Below are positions 56,618-64,000 of a stretch of DNA of 64,000 bases, one piece after another. Source of the DNA: Pirellulales bacterium (lineage in GTDB: Bacteria > Planctomycetota > Planctomycetia > Pirellulales > UBA1268); assembly GCA_044369655.1 (NCBI GenBank), contig JBILWX010000004.1:7448-71447 (forward strand), written 5' to 3'. The notes beneath the pieces were generated by a model. The model saw nothing but the letters and a program-made list of their open reading frames with translations. It was not told the origin of the DNA and made no database searches. Position numbers and translations under genes: made by a program. Position 1 is the first letter of the stretch. The number at the start of each line of letters is the position of its first letter.

Positions 56618-57409
56618 ATGAAGCGGCGATTCGGAAACGTCTGCGTGTGGTTTGGCGGTCTGCTCATGGCCGCCGGTGTCGGGGGGCGGCCGCTGGCGGC
56701 GCAACAACCGCCGAGTGAACTGCCAGCCGCGAGTCCTGCTGCGGGCAGGACGGCTGCGGAGGGCCTCGGCACGCCCGCCGCGACCCTGGGGTATGCGCTC
56801 GGCCTGCGGATTGGGAGCAGAATCGCCGCCGACTTCAAGGGGCAGGAACCGGCCGTCGATGCCGCGGCGCTCGCCCGCGGCCTGTCGGATGCGCTGCTCG
56901 AGGAACGTCCACGGCTCAGCGAGCAGCAGATCCGGCAGACGCTCGAGGCTTTCGACGCCCGCATGCAGGAACGGGAGAAAGAGTTTGGCAGGCGGATGCT
57001 CGAGGCCGCCAAGGTCAACCTGGCCAAGGCCACCGAGTTTGCCCAGGCCAATGGTCGGAAGCAGGGGGTCGTCACCCGGCCGAGCGGACTGCAGTATGAG
57101 GTGATTCGCGCCGGCGCGGGCCAAAGCCCCACGCTCGACGACGCCGTGTCCGCACACTACCGGGGCACGCACATCGACGGCCGCGAGTTCGACGGCACCG
57201 ATCCCAAGGGCGAGCCGGCCGTGTTCCCGCTCCGCGGAGTCGTGGCTGGCTGGCAGGAGGCGCTTCCGCTCATGAAGACAGGCGCGAAATGGCGGATCTA
57301 CGTGCCGCCCCAGTTGGCGTATGGCGAGGAAGGATCGCCGCCGGTTATCGAGCCGAACGAACTGCTGGTCTTCGAGATCGAGTTGGTGAACATCCTGCCT
57401 TCCAAGTGA
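56618..57409 (+). CDS. FKBP-type peptidyl-prolyl isomerase (Mip/FkpA-like, secreted)
   Basis: SD AAAGGAG and a signal peptide. SGLQYEVIRAGAG...HYRGTHIDGREFD...FPLRGVVAGWQEALPLMKTGAKWRIYVPPQLAYGE. Confidence 0.9.
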   Translation: MKRRFGNVCVWFGGLLMAAGVGGRPLAAQQPPSELPAASPAAGRTAAEGLGTPAATLGYALGLRIGSRIAADFKGQEPAVDAAALARGLSDALLEERPRLSEQQIRQTLEAFDARMQEREKEFGRRMLEAAKVNLAKATEFAQANGRKQGVVTRPSGLQYEVIRAGAGQSPTLDDAVSAHYRGTHIDGREFDGTDPKGEPAVFPLRGVVAGWQEALPLMKTGAKWRIYVPPQLAYGEEGSPPVIEPNELLVFEIELVNILPSK

Positions 57410-57419
57410 GACAGCGGCC

Positions 57420-58670
57420 ATGGGGAACGCCGGCAAGGCGATCGTGCACGGAGGCGTGTTGTTGGCGGCCGGTGGGCTGGCGTCGCTGGCGTTCATGGCG
57501 GCGGCCATCGCCGTGCCGCCGGCGGTCGACCGGTTTGCCGAGGCCCGCGAACAGATGGTCCGTGACGACATCGCCGGCGGCGGGGTGACCGATCCTCGCG
57601 TGCTCGAAAGCATGCGGCTCGTCCCCCGGCACGAATTCGTGGGGGGGCCGCAGCGACCCTACGCCTACTACGACATGGCCCTTCCGATCGGCGCGTCGCA
57701 GACCATTTCGGGCCCCTTCGTCGTGGCGTACATGACGGAAAAGCTGGAGCCGAAGCCCACCGATCGCGTGCTCGAGATCGGGACGGGCAGCGGGTATCAG
57801 GCGGCCGTGCTTTCGCCGCTGGTGGGCATGGTCTATTCCATCGAGATCAGCCGCATGCTCGGCGAGAAGGCCGCGCGGACGCTGACGCGGCTGGGCTACC
57901 GTAATGTCGTCACGAAGATCGGAGACGGCTTTCAGGGCTGGCCGGAACACGCGCCGTTCGACAAGATCATCGTCACGTGCTCCCCGGAAAATATTCCGCA
58001 GCCGCTCGTCGAGCAGCTCGCCGAAGGCGGACGCATGATCATCCCGGTCGGCGAACGGTATGAACAGACGCTCGTGCTGTTGTCGAAGCGGAATGGGGTG
58101 ATGGAGCAGGAGTCGCTCGTGCCGAGCCTGTTCGTTCCGATGACTGGCGTCGCGGAGCAGGGCAGGAGAGTGCAGCCCGACGGCACCAAGCCGGCCCTCA
58201 GCAATGGCGGATTCGAGGAGGTGCTAGCCGATTCTGATGTGCCTGCCGCCTGGTACTACGGCCGGCAGATCGCGCTCGTCGCGGGCGAGGACGCGCCGGA
58301 AGGCCGCCAGTATCTTCGACTGGAAAATGCCCAGCCGGGCAGGCCTGCCCAACTCTTTCAGGGCTTTCCGGTCGACGGCCGGACCGTAGGCCGGGTGACC
58401 TTTTCGCTGTCGGTTCGGGGGGACGGTATCGGAATGGGGCCGGGGCCGGACGATTTTCCGGGCCTCGTCGTGCGGTTTTTTAACGAGGAACGCAGCCGCT
58501 CGCTGAACGGCCAGGTGGGGCCATGGAAGGGCAGTGGTCCATGGCGGCAGATTGAAGGCACGGTCACCGTTCCCGGCTGGGCCAGGGAGGCGATCGTGCA
58601 AATTGGTCTGCAGGGGGCCACCGGGCGGCTTGACGTCGATGACGTGCGGGTGGTGGGATCGCCCCGCTGA
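57420..58670 (+). CDS. pcm: protein-L-isoaspartate O-methyltransferase with N-terminal anchor and extra C-terminal domain
   Basis: VPRHEFV, ALPIGASQTISGPFVVAYM, VLEIGTGSGYQAAVLS and IIVTCSPENIPQPLVEQLAEGGRMIIPVG, plus about 170 further residues with no recognisable motif. Confidence 0.85.
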   Translation: MGNAGKAIVHGGVLLAAGGLASLAFMAAAIAVPPAVDRFAEAREQMVRDDIAGGGVTDPRVLESMRLVPRHEFVGGPQRPYAYYDMALPIGASQTISGPFVVAYMTEKLEPKPTDRVLEIGTGSGYQAAVLSPLVGMVYSIEISRMLGEKAARTLTRLGYRNVVTKIGDGFQGWPEHAPFDKIIVTCSPENIPQPLVEQLAEGGRMIIPVGERYEQTLVLLSKRNGVMEQESLVPSLFVPMTGVAEQGRRVQPDGTKPALSNGGFEEVLADSDVPAAWYYGRQIALVAGEDAPEGRQYLRLENAQPGRPAQLFQGFPVDGRTVGRVTFSLSVRGDGIGMGPGPDDFPGLVVRFFNEERSRSLNGQVGPWKGSGPWRQIEGTVTVPGWAREAIVQIGLQGATGRLDVDDVRVVGSPR

Positions 58671-58920
58671 CTGTGCCGAATTATCCGGTTTTTCCGGCCG
58701 ATCCGCTGGCCGTCCAGCCGTGAGCCAACCCGCCAGGGCGGCGAAAGCCTCCGCCTGAAGGCTCCCAAAAGGATAACGAATGGATGGCCATATATATTCC
58801 CCAGCCTCCTTGATTTACCAAATCGGCAAACTATTCTTGCCCCATGCCGGCAGTTTTTAGCGTCCGAGCTGCGTGCGGCTGAAATCGGGCGATCCACACT
58901 TTCCAAGGGAGCGAGTTCAG

Positions 58921-60099
58921 ATGTTGGTCCATCGTCGGTGGTTGCGGGTGGCTGGAGTTGTCACTTTTGTCGCGGTCGCAGCGACGGCCTGCGACGCTGA
59001 TGCTGGCTGGCATCATCGTTATCGCGGCTACGGTTCCTCGGGTGGCAGTTCGGGCGGTAGTTCTGGCGGCTCGTCCGGCGGCAGTTCGGGTGGCTCGTCC
59101 GGTGGCAGTTCGGGTGGCTCGTCCGGTGGCAGTTCGGGTGGCTCGTCCGGTGGCTCGAGCTCGTACGGCTCGTCGGGCGGTAGCTATGGATCGCACGGTT
59201 CGTATGGATCGCACGGGAGCTGGGGCTCGCATCACGCCGCGAAGATGGCGCGACGAGCCTACCGGCATTCGATGCACGGTTCGTCCGGTGGCAGTTCGGG
59301 CGGCAGCTCGGGCGGCAGCTCGGGCGGCTCGTATTCCTCATATTCCTATGGCGGCTCCTCCGGTGGTTCGTCGGGTGGCGGCTCGTCCGGTTCGTACGGC
59401 GGCGGCTCCTACGGCGGCTACTCCGTGCCGGCGACCACCTACTCGAGCGGCTACGGCGAATCGGTCGAGTCGTATCGCGTGATCAGCGAGACGCCGTCGG
59501 TCAGCGGCGGCGAGATCATCGAAACGCCGCGGTCGGTCAATCCGATCTCGAATGACTCCACGACGAGCCTGGTGCCTGCCGATGCGGCGCTCCTGTCCGT
59601 CGAGGTTCCTGCCGGCGCGAAGATCTTCGTCAACGGCGCCAAGACGGCCGCCACGGGCACCGTTCGGCAGTTCGTGTCGCGTGGTCTTGCCCAGGGCAAG
59701 CGGTATGAGTTCACGGTGCGGATGACCGTCGATCGCGACGGTCAGAGCAGCGAAGAGACCAAGGTCGTGTCGCTGTCCGCTGGCGGCCGCGCGAACCTGT
59801 CCTTCACGGAGGCCTCGGCCCCGAAGACGAGCCTGACGCTGCACGTGCCGGCCGACGCAAAGGTCTGGCTGGCCGGCAACGTCACTTCGTCTGCCGGTGC
59901 CACTCGGCAGTTCCAGACCACGACGTTGGCTCCGGGCCAGTCGTGGAAGAACTACGAGATCCGGGTCGCGACCGTCGTCGACGGACGCGAGCAGGTCGTG
60001 TCGAAGGTGATCGACCTGGCCGCGGGCCAGACGGTCGAACTGTCGCTCGATCCCGCCCAACGGACGGCCGCGGCCGACACGACCGCGTCGATTCGCTAG
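58921..60099 (+). CDS. TIGR03000-type (planctomycete-specific) domain protein with Ser/Gly repeats
   Basis: Signal-like N-terminus and an (SSGG)n run. Two C-terminal copies of the pattern LSVEVPAGAKIFVNGAKTAATGTVRQF...GKRYEF and LTLHVPADAKVWLAGNVTSSAGATRQF....WKNYEI. Confidence 0.75.
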   Translation: MLVHRRWLRVAGVVTFVAVAATACDADAGWHHRYRGYGSSGGSSGGSSGGSSGGSSGGSSGGSSGGSSGGSSGGSSGGSSSYGSSGGSYGSHGSYGSHGSWGSHHAAKMARRAYRHSMHGSSGGSSGGSSGGSSGGSYSSYSYGGSSGGSSGGGSSGSYGGGSYGGYSVPATTYSSGYGESVESYRVISETPSVSGGEIIETPRSVNPISNDSTTSLVPADAALLSVEVPAGAKIFVNGAKTAATGTVRQFVSRGLAQGKRYEFTVRMTVDRDGQSSEETKVVSLSAGGRANLSFTEASAPKTSLTLHVPADAKVWLAGNVTSSAGATRQFQTTTLAPGQSWKNYEIRVATVVDGREQVVSKVIDLAAGQTVELSLDPAQRTAAADTTASIR

Positions 60100-60146
60100 T
60101 TCACCACGAAAAAAGCCGTTCCCGGCCTTTTTCAGGCAGTCCTTCA

Positions 60147-60182
60147 CTCCCGCGCGGCCGCGTGCCGCGCGGGAGTTTTTTT
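60147..60182 (+). terminator. Rho-independent terminator
   Basis: CTCCCGCGCGG-ccgcgtg-CCGCGCGGGAG is a perfect 11-bp GC stem followed by TTTTTTT. It lies 48 nt after the stop at 60099. Confidence 0.8.
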
Positions 60183-60358
60183 GCGCCCCGACTGGATCGC
60201 GCCGCCAGGACGGCAGAAGTCTCGTCGCGAGGGCGAGGATACGCCCTATGCTCCTCGAACTTCCGCCGATCCCGGCTTTCCTGCTTTCCGATCTTGCCCA
60301 GGCTGACGTCTTGCGGCCGGGTCGTGGAAGGCGGTTGGATCGCGTCGAAGACAGCTTT

Positions 60359-60970
60359 ATGACGCTGGCCATCCGCCGCACCAACCGACGCTTTTCCTGG
60401 CCGCCCGCCGTTCGCACCGCGGTTTCCGCGGGAATTGTGGCCTATTTTGCAGCCGTGATCGTGCCGCCCCTGGCCGGGCCGCCACCGGCAAGCGAACTTG
60501 CCGTGGCCGCGCTGCAGCCCTTGCGGCCGCTCGTCGGCGGCCTGTTTCTGGGGCATGGCTATCGGTTTTTCGCCCCCAATCCTGGTCCTGGCCACTCGAT
60601 CCAGTGGACGATGCGGATGCCCGATGGATCGACCCGTCAGGGCTCGATCCCCGACCGTGATGCCGATTGGCCGCGCCTTCTCTATCACCGCCGCTTCATG
60701 ATCAGCGAAAAGATCGCGGCGTTCGTGCCGCCGCCCGACGCCCCCGCGGACGTGCGGCAGCAGAGCAGGGGGGAGTGGCAGCCGCTCGTGAAGGACGTCG
60801 CCGGCCAACTCCTGCATCGGCATGGCGGCAGCCAGGTGACGCTGCAGATGACGGAGCACTATCTGCCGACGCCGGACGAGGTGATCCGGTCGGAGCAGGG
60901 GGGGGATGTGGTCACGCCGCTGGGCACCTATGCGCTGGCTGGAGCTTCCAGGGGGATGGTGAACCGATGA
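60359..60970 (+). CDS. hypothetical membrane-anchored protein (partner of the HTTM protein)
   Basis: TM VSAGIVAYFAAVIVPPLAG and coding bias. The stop overlaps the next start (ATGA). No recognisable domain. Confidence 0.5.
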   Translation: MTLAIRRTNRRFSWPPAVRTAVSAGIVAYFAAVIVPPLAGPPPASELAVAALQPLRPLVGGLFLGHGYRFFAPNPGPGHSIQWTMRMPDGSTRQGSIPDRDADWPRLLYHRRFMISEKIAAFVPPPDAPADVRQQSRGEWQPLVKDVAGQLLHRHGGSQVTLQMTEHYLPTPDEVIRSEQGGDVVTPLGTYALAGASRGMVNR

Positions 60971-61932
60971 ATGTCGCCATGCCGACCGATGAACCACCGC
61001 ACCGTGGCACCTGGCTGGGAGACTGGCTCGATGCCTGGAATAGGTTCTGGTTCGCGCCGGCCGATCCGCTGCCGTTGGCAGTGGTGCGGATCGCCGTCGG
61101 GGCACTGCTGGCATGGGCGAGCTTCGTCTGGCTGCTCGACGCGGAGGCCTTCTTTGGCGATGCCGGCTGGCAGCGGCCCGAGCACGTCTGGCGGATGAAC
61201 GATCAGCCGTGGCAGTGGAGTTGGTACTTCGTCGCGGGGGAAGCGGGCATGCCCCGGATGCTCACGCTCGTCACGCTCGCGGCGGCCGTGATGCTCACGC
61301 TCGGCATCGCCACGCCCCTGTCGGCGATCGTGTCGTTGACAGGTTTCATCAGCGCCGTCAACCGGGCGCCACTGAATGTCTTCGGGTTCGACGACACGCT
61401 CGGGATGCTCCTGATCGCGGTGGCAGTCGGACCCGCGGGAGCGGTGCTCTCCGTCGACCGATGGCTGGCGCCGGATCATGCTGCGGGGCGGCCGTCCGTG
61501 CGGGCGAATCTCGCGCTGCGGCTGATCCAAGTGCACCTCTGCGTGGTCTATCTCTTCTCCGGCTGTGGGAAGCTGTTGGGAGCCAGTTGGTGGGAGGGAA
61601 CGGCCCTCTGGGGGGCCGCCGCCAACGTTCAGTACCGCACGCTCGACCTCACCTGGCTGGCCAGCCATCCGTGGCTCGTCAACGCCCTGACGCTTGCCAC
61701 GCTCTGGTGGGAAATTTCCTACGCCGCCCTGGTCTGGCCCCGGCTCACCCGCCGGCTGGTGCTCGCGATGGCGGTGCCGGTGCACTTGGGGATCGGCCTT
61801 GCGATGGGCATGATGGAGTTCGGGCTGGCCATGCTGACCGCGAACGTGGCGTTCGTGCCGGCGGCTGTCCTGCGACTGGCCCTCCGGCCCTTCCTGCATC
61901 CCTCCTCCGGCCCCGTGTCGCATCGCGCATGA
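60967..61932 (+). CDS. HTTM (vitamin-K-dependent gamma-carboxylase-like) domain membrane protein
   Basis: WNRFWFAPADPLPLAVVRIAVGALLAW and LIQVHLCVVYLFSGCGKLLGASWWEGTALW match the HTTM pattern. Multiple TM segments are present. Confidence 0.65.
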   Translation: MNVAMPTDEPPHRGTWLGDWLDAWNRFWFAPADPLPLAVVRIAVGALLAWASFVWLLDAEAFFGDAGWQRPEHVWRMNDQPWQWSWYFVAGEAGMPRMLTLVTLAAAVMLTLGIATPLSAIVSLTGFISAVNRAPLNVFGFDDTLGMLLIAVAVGPAGAVLSVDRWLAPDHAAGRPSVRANLALRLIQVHLCVVYLFSGCGKLLGASWWEGTALWGAAANVQYRTLDLTWLASHPWLVNALTLATLWWEISYAALVWPRLTRRLVLAMAVPVHLGIGLAMGMMEFGLAMLTANVAFVPAAVLRLALRPFLHPSSGPVSHRA

Positions 61933-62777
61933 CAGAGATCGCCGGCATCATCGGCTCGCCACGCACGATCCGCCTGACGCTGGCCTACGAGGGCACACGG
62001 TATTCGGGCTGGCAGGCGCAGCCCGGCCGGACGACGGTGCAGGGGACTTTGGCAGAAGCGATCCGGGGCGTCACGGGGGAGGTGATCGTGCCGCGGGGCG
62101 CCAGTCGCACCGACGCCGGCGTGCACGCGCTGGGGCAGGTGGTGGCCTTTACGACCACCAGCAGCCTCGAGCCGGGCGTGTGGGTCCGGGCACTCAATGC
62201 GAAACTCCCTTCCGACATCACCGTGCTGGCGGGATTTTCGGCTCCGGACGGCTTTGATCCGGTGTCTGCCGCCGTGCGGAAGCGTTACCGGTATCGGATC
62301 CACGATGCGCCATGGCGTCCGGTGCTCCAACGACACCTGGTCTGGCGGTGGAAATCCCGCCTCGATGTGCTCGCCATGCAGGCTGCCGCGAACGAACTCG
62401 TCGGTGAGCACGATTTCACCAGCTTCGAAACCACCCCCTCCACAAGGCGTTCAAAAGTTCGCACAATCCTCACCGCCGACGTATTTCGCCATTCGGGGTA
62501 CGACGACGCGGCCGATGCCGAGGTCTGGATCGAGGTCGTCGGCAACGGGTTCCTTTACAACATGGTGCGGATCATCACCGGTTCGCTCGTGATGGTCGGC
62601 TCCGGCAAGCGGAAGCCGGAGTGGGTTCGCGAGGTGATCGCAGCCCGCAGCCGGCCGGCCGCAGGCCCGACGGCGCCGCCGCAGGGCCTCGTGCTCGTGT
62701 CGATAGAACTCGGCCCCGGACCGTCGGGGAATGCAGGATCGTCATGGCCAGACTCCCCGAACAACTTGGACCGCTGA
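61929..62777 (+). CDS. truA: tRNA pseudouridine(38-40) synthase
   Basis: IRLTLAYEGTRYSGWQAQPG, GASRTDAGVHALGQVV, RYRYRI and GNGFLYNMVRIITGSLV. ATGA overlap with the upstream gene. Confidence 0.9.
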   Translation: MTEIAGIIGSPRTIRLTLAYEGTRYSGWQAQPGRTTVQGTLAEAIRGVTGEVIVPRGASRTDAGVHALGQVVAFTTTSSLEPGVWVRALNAKLPSDITVLAGFSAPDGFDPVSAAVRKRYRYRIHDAPWRPVLQRHLVWRWKSRLDVLAMQAAANELVGEHDFTSFETTPSTRRSKVRTILTADVFRHSGYDDAADAEVWIEVVGNGFLYNMVRIITGSLVMVGSGKRKPEWVREVIAARSRPAAGPTAPPQGLVLVSIELGPGPSGNAGSSWPDSPNNLDR

Positions 62778-63589
62778 CCCTCATCCGACAGCTCGGCCTG
62801 GGCCGTCACTGCCAGGTCTGGGAGGCTCTCGACAGGTCGTCCGGGCAGCGGGTGGCGGTGAAGGCCGTCGTGCCGGAGATGGCCAAAGATTCGGGGCAGC
62901 GGCGGCTGCTCCGGCACGAGTTCGAAGTGGCCCGTGGGCTCGACCATCCTGCCGTCATCCGCATCGACCGATTCTCCGAGGCGGGCGGCCTGCCGCATCT
63001 CGTGATGGAACTCTATCCGCACGCCAATCTCAAAAAGCAGATCGCGGCCGGCACCGAGGAGATCATGCCCCGGCTGCACCGCATCGTCACGCAGCTGGCC
63101 TGGGCGCTCGATCACATGCACGGACGGGGCTGGGTGCATCGCGACGTGAAACCTGAAAACGTGCTCGCGTCGGCCGACGGCGACGTGAAGCTGATCGACT
63201 TGGCCATCGCGGCGAGAAAATCGGGGATGCTGCGGCGATTCTTCGGTGGCAAAAGCCAGGCGCAAGGGTCGCCCAGCTACATCGCGCCGGAGCAGATCCG
63301 CGGCCTGCCTGTCGATCCTCAGGCAGACATGTACGCCCTCGGCTGCCTGCTGTTCGAACTGTTGGCGGGGATGCCGCCGTATACGGCTTCCACCACCGAA
63401 GAACTGCTGCACAAACACCTGTCGGCGACGCCGCCATCGGTGGAGGCTTTCAACCGCAACGCCACGGCAAGCGTCTCGAAGCTGATCCGGCAGATGCTCG
63501 CCAAGAAACCTGCCGACCGACCCGCTTCGATGCGGGCCGTCGTCCAGCAGATCGGGGCGATCAAGTTCCTGAACCGGGTGAGCGGCTGA
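62744..63589 (+). CDS. Ser/Thr protein kinase, kinase domain only (281 aa)
   Basis: LGLGRHCQVW, VAVK, HRDVKPENVL, SPSYIAPEQ and DMYALGCLLFELLAG. DLA stands in place of DFG. The start overlaps the truA end by 34 nt. Confidence 0.85.
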   Translation: MARLPEQLGPLTLIRQLGLGRHCQVWEALDRSSGQRVAVKAVVPEMAKDSGQRRLLRHEFEVARGLDHPAVIRIDRFSEAGGLPHLVMELYPHANLKKQIAAGTEEIMPRLHRIVTQLAWALDHMHGRGWVHRDVKPENVLASADGDVKLIDLAIAARKSGMLRRFFGGKSQAQGSPSYIAPEQIRGLPVDPQADMYALGCLLFELLAGMPPYTASTTEELLHKHLSATPPSVEAFNRNATASVSKLIRQMLAKKPADRPASMRAVVQQIGAIKFLNRVSG

Positions 63590-63754
63590 GCGGCAGTCGG
63601 CCCCGAACCGGCTCGCGATCGTCGCTCCGCGGTCATCCAAGCCCGCGGATTTCGCCGATCCCGGATTTCCGATTCGGGAGTGAAGCCAGAATTGACGTGG
63701 GGTTCGGCCAGCGGCGACAATCTCGGGCTCATCCCGTTCCCGTGAGGTCACCTG

Positions 63755-64000
63755 ATGTCGTCCGCGTTGCATCGACTGCCGCTCGAAAAACCCATCTACG
63801 AGATCGAAGATCGGATTTCGCACCTGGAGACCGCTCCGGTCGGCGGTCAGGAGCAGGAAGAGTTGCGGCGGCTGAAGCGCGAACTCGTCGAGGTGCAAAA
63901 GACCGTGTTCGGGAGCCTCGATCCCTGGCAGACGGTCGAGGTGGCCCGCCATCCGAATCGCCCGAAGACGAGCGACTATCTCTCGCTGGTGTTCGACGAG
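63755..64000 (+). CDS. accA: acetyl-CoA carboxylase carboxyltransferase alpha subunit, N-terminal part; 3' end outside window
   Basis: LPLEKPIYEIEDRISHLE...LDPWQTVEVARHPNRPKTSDYLSLVFDE matches the AccA N-terminus. The frame is open to the right edge. Confidence 0.85.
   Translation, partial: MSSALHRLPLEKPIYEIEDRISHLETAPVGGQEQEELRRLKRELVEVQKTVFGSLDPWQTVEVARHPNRPKTSDYLSLVFDE

Noticed and set aside
63692-63721. A sigma-70-like promoter TTGACG-18 nt-GACAAT upstream of accA.
   Set aside because: The spacing and the -10 hexamer are only moderately good, and planctomycete promoter rules are poorly defined. It is too weak to list as a feature.

Overview
GC-rich, gene-dense window with about 50 supported CDS. 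I saw no rRNA, tRNA, CRISPR array, transposase or integrase. Gene content looks planctomycetal: a DUF1559/H-X9-DG prepilin-like protein, a TIGR03000-type domain protein, a giant PQQ-propeller protein and a Bat-like MoxR/VWA operon. Housekeeping genes are interspersed (eno, leuA, truA, accA, amt-glnK, HU, pcm), so this is core chromosome rather than an island.

Strongest candidates for an undescribed system:

1. A roughly 20-kb, tightly coupled plus-strand super-operon (21.8-41.7 kb). A MoxR/DUF58/BatA-VWA core is extended by uncharacterised coiled-coil and secreted proteins. It ends in three HtrA-like genes, of which only the first keeps the His/Asp/Ser triad.
2. A minus-strand glycan-modification-like operon (8.6-14.6 kb). 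It holds a GT2, a PP-loop-like::pyruvyl-transferase fusion, a Cys-less AsnB homologue and a beta-lactamase-fold hydrolase.
3. A palindromic element of about 130-140 nt, present in 2.5 copies around a ChlI-like ATPase/VWA pair. Its terminal stem is preserved by compensatory substitutions.
4. A photolyase/cryptochrome homologue whose FAD-binding domain appears to come first.

All functional calls come from reading motifs in the supplied translations. No database search was run. Start codons were chosen by eye and several are uncertain.
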